Below, in pieces: positions 59,348-64,000 of a stretch of 64,000 nt of DNA (position 1 is the first letter of the stretch; every line of letters starts with the position of its first letter). The notes under the pieces are model-generated. The model had not been told where the DNA came from. It worked only from the letters and a program-made list of their open reading frames with translations, and made no database searches. A program made the translations under genes and the position numbers. This stretch comes from an uncultured Leptospirales bacterium (GTDB lineage Bacteria; Spirochaetota; UBA4802; UBA5550), in NCBI GenBank assembly GCA_964450405.1, contig CAYVCQ010000019.1:30558-94557 (forward strand), read 5' to 3'.

Positions 59348-59737
59348 ATGAAAAAAATTGCACTATTCAGTTTTCTTTTTCTCATTGTAATGTCTTACGG
59401 AATTACTGTTGTAAATACCACATCTCACAATGAAGGCTTAAGTAAAAGTGAAAAATTTGCTCTTGAAATGAAGGCATGCAAAGAGGCGCAGGCTTCTGGT
59501 AATCCGGGGAAATGCGGTCTGTATGGAAAGATTCAGTATGTCACATCTTTTCCCGATGTGAAGGTTCAGGTGGTGTCATCTTTTCCCGATATAAAAGTTC
59601 AGGTAATGAGTTCCTTTGCAGATGGTCCGGGAAAGTGGCAGATAGTTGATTCTTTCCCTGACTACAAAGTACAGTTAGTAGACTCCTTTCCCGATTTTAA
59701 AGTTCAGTTTGTAGATTCATTTCCCGGATGTGACTAA
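59348..59737 (+). CDS. Secreted small protein with six KVQxVxSFPD repeats
   Basis: AGGAG SD; signal peptide; 11-aa repeats. Confidence 0.8.
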   Translation: MKKIALFSFLFLIVMSYGITVVNTTSHNEGLSKSEKFALEMKACKEAQASGNPGKCGLYGKIQYVTSFPDVKVQVVSSFPDIKVQVMSSFADGPGKWQIVDSFPDYKVQLVDSFPDFKVQFVDSFPGCD

Positions 59738-59756
59738 GGATTATTATTGTCTCATC

Positions 59757-59975
59757 TATCTGAACCTTGATTCGCATGATTAAAGGATTCTCATGATTCG
59801 AGAGAGTAAACACTTTGAAAATCAAGAAAATCCTCTAATCCTTGAAATCATGGTTCAGACAATAATATCGGATAAATTTTCACATCATATATTTTAAATC
59901 AAAACTCTGTGCCCTCTGTGCCTCTGTGGTGAAATATTTAATATTTTTAACCTCAGAGACGCGGAGACTGCGGAG
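59757..59975. repeat. Composite repeat (family F + family G CTCTGTG array)
   Basis: Direct repeat of 62797-63011, including the linker. Confidence 0.85.
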
Positions 59976-60297
59976 TTTTTTAATATACAAATCTCCCTCT
60001 GTAAAAAAGCCCAAAAATCATTGACACAAAACCAGACTTTTCTTTAGAAATTACTGACTCCGGTTTTTAATTTTTTTCCTGTTTTTTGAATAAATTTTAA
60101 AATTCATGGGGAATTTTTGGCGTTAATTTCTACTATATATTATTGAAATTAAAACCTGTCAGTATACACGTTAGTATCTGCTTAAAAACTGTTAGTGAAA
60201 CGAATTTTCCCCGAACATCCGGCGCGGAGGAAAAAAATTACCATCGGTTTTTGTGTAATTATACAAACAATGAGAAATCTTTTTTGAGGAATTATAA

Positions 60298-62145
60298 ATG
60301 GAAGTTAAAGTATTAAGGAGATTGCTGATTGCTCTCCCGGCGGCTGGAGTCATCATTGTTCTTTCCGTGATGCCATTGATGGCAGAATATGTTTTTATCA
60401 ATGACGGATCAATTATAGAGGGGACAATCGAATCAGATTCCGCTACTGCAGTAATGATACGTACCACCGACAAAAAGCAGAAGCAGATTCTGCGTAAAAA
60501 TATAATGCGCATACTTTATACTGAACTCAGAATGAGCAAGATATATATTCAGAAACGTGACGGTGAGGGACTGGTCGCCTTTATGGTTGATGAGGACAGA
60601 GTATCCTACACCTTCCGTAAAGATCTGTACAAGCCCGAGGAGTTTGTTCTTAACAGAACGGACGTGCTCTTTATATCCGAAAAGAATCCTTCGGGACTAA
60701 AAGTTACAGGCGAGATCGGCACAAACAGTGTATCACTTGCGTGGCTACCGCCCTACGATGCAGTGAAGCAGTATAATGTTTATATTACAAAAAATAAATC
60801 AGGAAAGTACGAGGTCATAGGCAGCTCAAAGGATAAATCGATTACCCTGAAGAATTTATCAAGCAATACAACTTATTATCTTATAGTTACAAGTGTCGAT
60901 ATGGAGAATTATGAATCAACTCCAAGTAATGAACTTAAGATAACGACAAGAGCAGCAGTTGAGGTTGAACTTAAGGATGGGAGGAAATTTAAAACGTATT
61001 TAATCTCCGAAGGTAAAGATGAATATATTTTTAGAGATGATCTTTTTAAACCTGAGATTTTTACGGTCAAACGTTCTGATATACTTTTTATCACAGAGCG
61101 TTATCCATCCGGACTAAAAGGAACTCCGGGAACTAACAGTATAGATTTAAACTGGCTGGCACCCTACGATCCTGTAAGTAATTATAATATCTATATCAAG
61201 ACGAAGGGTAATGAGTATAAAATAGTTTCAACTTCATCTGATAATTCTGAGACACTTAAAGGCCTTGCGAGTAACACTGAGTATACTATTAAAACAACCG
61301 GTGTCGATAAGGATAAAACCGAATCATCACCAAGCAACGAAATCAAAATTATAACGAAGAATATTCCGCCCGATAAAACTGTTATTATATCATCCGGAAA
61401 CATTGGAGCAGACGAAAGAAAAATTGTCTGGAACCCCTCATCAGATATCGATGGTAAAGTTGAAAAGTACCGTTTATATGGAACAAAAGGGGGCAAGCGT
61501 GAGATGGTTGCGGAAACTAAAACGACTGAGTATGATCTGAAAAACGCCCGGCAGTATAAGAAGTTCGAAATTGCAGCCGTTGATGAGATGGGTGATGAAT
61601 CTAATTCTAGCTGGGTAAAGTTGTTTTTCAGTACCGCGGTAGGATTCAATCCCGGTATTATTATTCCAACAGGAAAATTCGCAAAGTTATTTAATCCGGG
61701 TATCGGAGGGATATTTACTATCTCTGAACGTAATCTGCTTTTTTATAATTTTGAAGCTGGTGCTGCTCTCGGGTTCTATTACCTTCCGGGGAAGGATTTA
61801 CTCGAAGAGAAAAATAAAGATTATAAATATATGATGCTTGTTCCTCTGTATTTAACCGCGGCATATAATATAGAGATAGGTGACAGTTTTATTATTAAAC
61901 CGGTTCTCTCGATAGGCGGTGTTTATATTGACATGGACTATATTGATCGAAACAAAACAATAGCAGAGGGGCAGGCGAGAGAACTTCAAATAGTTGAACC
62001 TGCATATAAAGCCGGACTGGCCGTGGAGTATAAATATACCGATAAGCTTTCATTTTCAGCCGGGTGTGACTACGGTGCAATACGGCAGAATACCGGATTG
62101 ATGACATATATCAGTATCAATGCCGGGATAGGTTATTCTTTTTAA
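60298..62145 (+). CDS. Exported protein: LA_0442-like N-domain, fibronectin type III repeats, C-terminal outer-membrane beta-barrel
   Basis: Signal peptide; PSGL..L.W..Y.VY..L..NT.Y...ES.PS FN3 units; amphipathic strands ending in GIGYSF. Confidence 0.75.
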   Translation: MEVKVLRRLLIALPAAGVIIVLSVMPLMAEYVFINDGSIIEGTIESDSATAVMIRTTDKKQKQILRKNIMRILYTELRMSKIYIQKRDGEGLVAFMVDEDRVSYTFRKDLYKPEEFVLNRTDVLFISEKNPSGLKVTGEIGTNSVSLAWLPPYDAVKQYNVYITKNKSGKYEVIGSSKDKSITLKNLSSNTTYYLIVTSVDMENYESTPSNELKITTRAAVEVELKDGRKFKTYLISEGKDEYIFRDDLFKPEIFTVKRSDILFITERYPSGLKGTPGTNSIDLNWLAPYDPVSNYNIYIKTKGNEYKIVSTSSDNSETLKGLASNTEYTIKTTGVDKDKTESSPSNEIKIITKNIPPDKTVIISSGNIGADERKIVWNPSSDIDGKVEKYRLYGTKGGKREMVAETKTTEYDLKNARQYKKFEIAAVDEMGDESNSSWVKLFFSTAVGFNPGIIIPTGKFAKLFNPGIGGIFTISERNLLFYNFEAGAALGFYYLPGKDLLEEKNKDYKYMMLVPLYLTAAYNIEIGDSFIIKPVLSIGGVYIDMDYIDRNKTIAEGQARELQIVEPAYKAGLAVEYKYTDKLSFSAGCDYGAIRQNTGLMTYISINAGIGYSF

Positions 62146-62151
62146 GGGGAG

Positions 62152-62796
62152 ATGATTATGCATAGAAAAATAATATTTTTAATAATGCTTATTATGGCAG
62201 GTTTAACATCATGTTATGATGATGTTTTTGATACATACGATGACAGTGTGATATATCATCTCCGCGACAGAGGCCCGGCGGGTGGATGGATTTTTTATGT
62301 TAATCCGAATTACAGGGAGGATGGCTGGAGGTATCTGGAGGCTGCTCCGGCAAACCTGAGTGCCCAATATGCATGGGGCCAGGCTACAGCTACCGGCGGT
62401 GCTGATGGTACAGCGGTTGGTACAGGTATGCAGAATACCCTTGATATAATTGCAAATGATCCGACGCCGAATAAAGCCGCAGATTTATGCGCTGCATATT
62501 TTGTTGATAATAATGGCGTAAGATACGACGATTGGTTTCTTCCTTCAAAAGATGAGTTGTATCAAATGGTCTGGAACTTAAGAGGGGTAAAAGATCCCAA
62601 TTTATATAACCCGGATGTGTCCAATGCATCATCAAACGGAGGTGGCGTGGGTGGTTTTGGTGAACTTATGTATTTTAGTTCCTCTGAATTGGGTTTGACT
62701 ACTGCATGGGAAATCAATCTTACAGGTAGATTGGGCCATTTTAGCGGTACATCTAAAAATCTTCAACGTTATATTCGTCCAGTCCGTGCATTTTAA
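62152..62796 (+). CDS. Lipoprotein with a C-type-lectin-like (DUF1566/Lcl-type) domain
   Basis: Lipobox LTSC; GPAGGWIFY, YLEAAP, DWFLPSKDEL, SSSE, AW, RPVRAF. Confidence 0.75.
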   Translation: MIMHRKIIFLIMLIMAGLTSCYDDVFDTYDDSVIYHLRDRGPAGGWIFYVNPNYREDGWRYLEAAPANLSAQYAWGQATATGGADGTAVGTGMQNTLDIIANDPTPNKAADLCAAYFVDNNGVRYDDWFLPSKDELYQMVWNLRGVKDPNLYNPDVSNASSNGGGVGGFGELMYFSSSELGLTTAWEINLTGRLGHFSGTSKNLQRYIRPVRAF

Positions 62797-63011
62797 TTGG
62801 CTGAACCTTGATTCGCTTGATTAAGGAATTCTCCTGATTTACTGTTAGTAAACTCTTGCCAAATCAAGAAAATCCTCTAATCCTTAAAATCAAGGTTCAG
62901 ACAAAATAAATCTTCACAGCAAACTCTTTAAAACAAAAACCTCCGTGCCCTCTGTGCCTCTGTGGTGAAATAATAATAAATTTTAACCACAGAGACACAG
63001 AGGTCACAGAG
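62797..63011. repeat. Composite repeat (family F + family G)
   Basis: Direct repeat of 59757-59975. Confidence 0.85.
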
Positions 63012-63032
63012 CAGCTGATTTCATCTGTTGTT

Positions 63033-63776
63033 TTATTTCAAATTCGATTTTTCCGCTTCACTAAGCTCGTCAACCCGCAGTGAATAGTTCCCGACTTTAC
63101 CACCTGAAGTAATAAGAATCACCGCGCGTCCAGTTTTAAGTTTGAAACCAAATGGAGTTAATGACGAAACAAGTTTGTTGTTCTGATAGATGCACCCTTT
63201 AACAGATAGTCCGTTTTTCCCCGATGATGTGATTTTTATTCCGGGATTTTTATCTTTAAGTTCAAGATAAAAATAATCAGCAGGAGAATTGTCCGGGAGC
63301 CGGAGATCTGTTTCAGAAAGAGTCCCTTCGATCTGTTTTCCTGTTTCAATTGATGCTGCAGTTGACGGATTGCTTATTTTTTCATCCACGGTTGATTCCC
63401 GTTCAAGTATAGCGAGTCTGAGATCCGTTCCGCCGCTGTATCCATGTCCGCCGGTATAGCTGTAGTTATAGACAAAGAAAATTTTACCTCCGCAGGTAAA
63501 TCCGTCACCAGCAGTGGAAATTCCGGCATATCCTCTTCCGCTCTTTGAAGTGCTGTCGGGGAACAGTTCAAGTTTAAGATCTTTCAGTTTCATCTTCCCC
63601 GATACAGGCCAGCCGCAAACCGCGAAAGTCAGATCTGAACCGGAAGCGCTGTACTGATTCTCCATAAGTGACCTGAACTCCGAGTCGGCATCTCCCGACG
63701 GATTTCTGAAACATCCCGGCAGAACTAGTATAAAAATAGTAAACAATATCATCAGGAGTTTAAGTGTATCCGGCAT
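63033..63776 (-). CDS. Hypothetical lipoprotein
   Basis: Lipobox LPGC; GGAG SD; PPC-like C-terminal beta region (D.Y...G.Y.L). Confidence 0.65.
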   Translation of the reverse strand: MPDTLKLLMILFTIFILVLPGCFRNPSGDADSEFRSLMENQYSASGSDLTFAVCGWPVSGKMKLKDLKLELFPDSTSKSGRGYAGISTAGDGFTCGGKIFFVYNYSYTGGHGYSGGTDLRLAILERESTVDEKISNPSTAASIETGKQIEGTLSETDLRLPDNSPADYFYLELKDKNPGIKITSSGKNGLSVKGCIYQNNKLVSSLTPFGFKLKTGRAVILITSGGKVGNYSLRVDELSEAEKSNLK

Positions 63777-63787
63777 AATTCTCTCCG

Positions 63788-64000
63788 TTAAAGAAACTTG
63801 ATTGTATTTACTGCAATAGTCTTAGGACTTTTCTCAATTATCTGCGCAGTGATTAAAACTTTTTTTCCGGTTTCGATACGTCCGCCGGTCTGTTCGATTA
63901 AATCTTTTTCACGGCCGACAAATGTCACCTCCGGACCGAGAACTGTTCCCCATCCGCCGTCATCATATCGTGTAATTTGTACAAGGAAGTGCAGCATAAA
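63788..64000 (-). CDS. 3' end of a hypothetical protein truncated by the window edge
   Basis: Open frame running to the window end; stop 11 nt upstream of the next gene. Confidence 0.5.
   Translation of the reverse strand, partial: FMLHFLVQITRYDDGGWGTVLGPEVTFVGREKDLIEQTGGRIETGKKVLITAQIIEKSPKTIAVNTIKFL

Noticed and set aside
62640-62796. Diversity-generating retroelement variable region in the lectin-like lipoprotein
   Set aside because: The fold is a typical DGR target, but no reverse transcriptase or template repeat is visible in the window and the putative variable codons show no clear NNC/NNT bias. A remote DGR cannot be excluded.
59173-62904. Family F repeats as integron attC sites
   Set aside because: Ends are TCTGAAC/GTTCAGA, not RYYYAAC/GTTRRRY; no integrase; a copy also occurs in isolation at 11707
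59905-63011. CRISPR array from the CTCTGTG or other repeats
   Set aside because: No regularly spaced identical repeats with unique spacers; no cas genes
1-64000. Prophage, IS element, rRNA or tRNA genes
   Set aside because: No transposase, integrase or phage proteins in the ORF track, and no tRNA/rRNA signatures recognised by eye

Overview
AT-rich bacterial chromosomal window. It is most likely from an anaerobic member of Spirochaetota (inference: Leptospira-type DUF1577/PilZ, LA_0442-like and GHKL-ATPase proteins occur together with an anaerobic cbi pathway and an [FeFe]-hydrogenase-like sensor). Main content: a HEPN/MNT pair; a Zur-znuACB metal-uptake operon with a palindromic operator; a ~17 kb anaerobic cobalamin cluster (cbiX-A-C-D-E-T-L-F-G-H-J, cobU-O-S-C, cbiP-B, cobD, cobT) controlled by two structurally different cobalamin riboswitches; a YHS-cusCBA efflux locus next to a divergent VKOR/thioredoxin pair; two chemoreceptors, each beside a stand-alone periplasmic binding protein; two thiolases; a hybrid kinase; an [FeFe]-hydrogenase-like domain fused directly to a histidine kinase; and surface-protein genes at the right end. 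Intergenic DNA carries at least seven families of palindromic REP/MITE-like repeats, some bracketing genes as direct repeats. No rRNA, tRNA, transposase, integrase, reverse transcriptase or CRISPR array was recognised. The best novelty candidates are the orphan hydrogenase-kinase with a tandem repeat abutting its start codon, an unexplained uORF plus structured RNA at 10.9-11.15 kb, and a repeat-bracketed FN3/beta-barrel + lectin-lipoprotein cassette. All calls were made by eye, with no database searches or folding programs.
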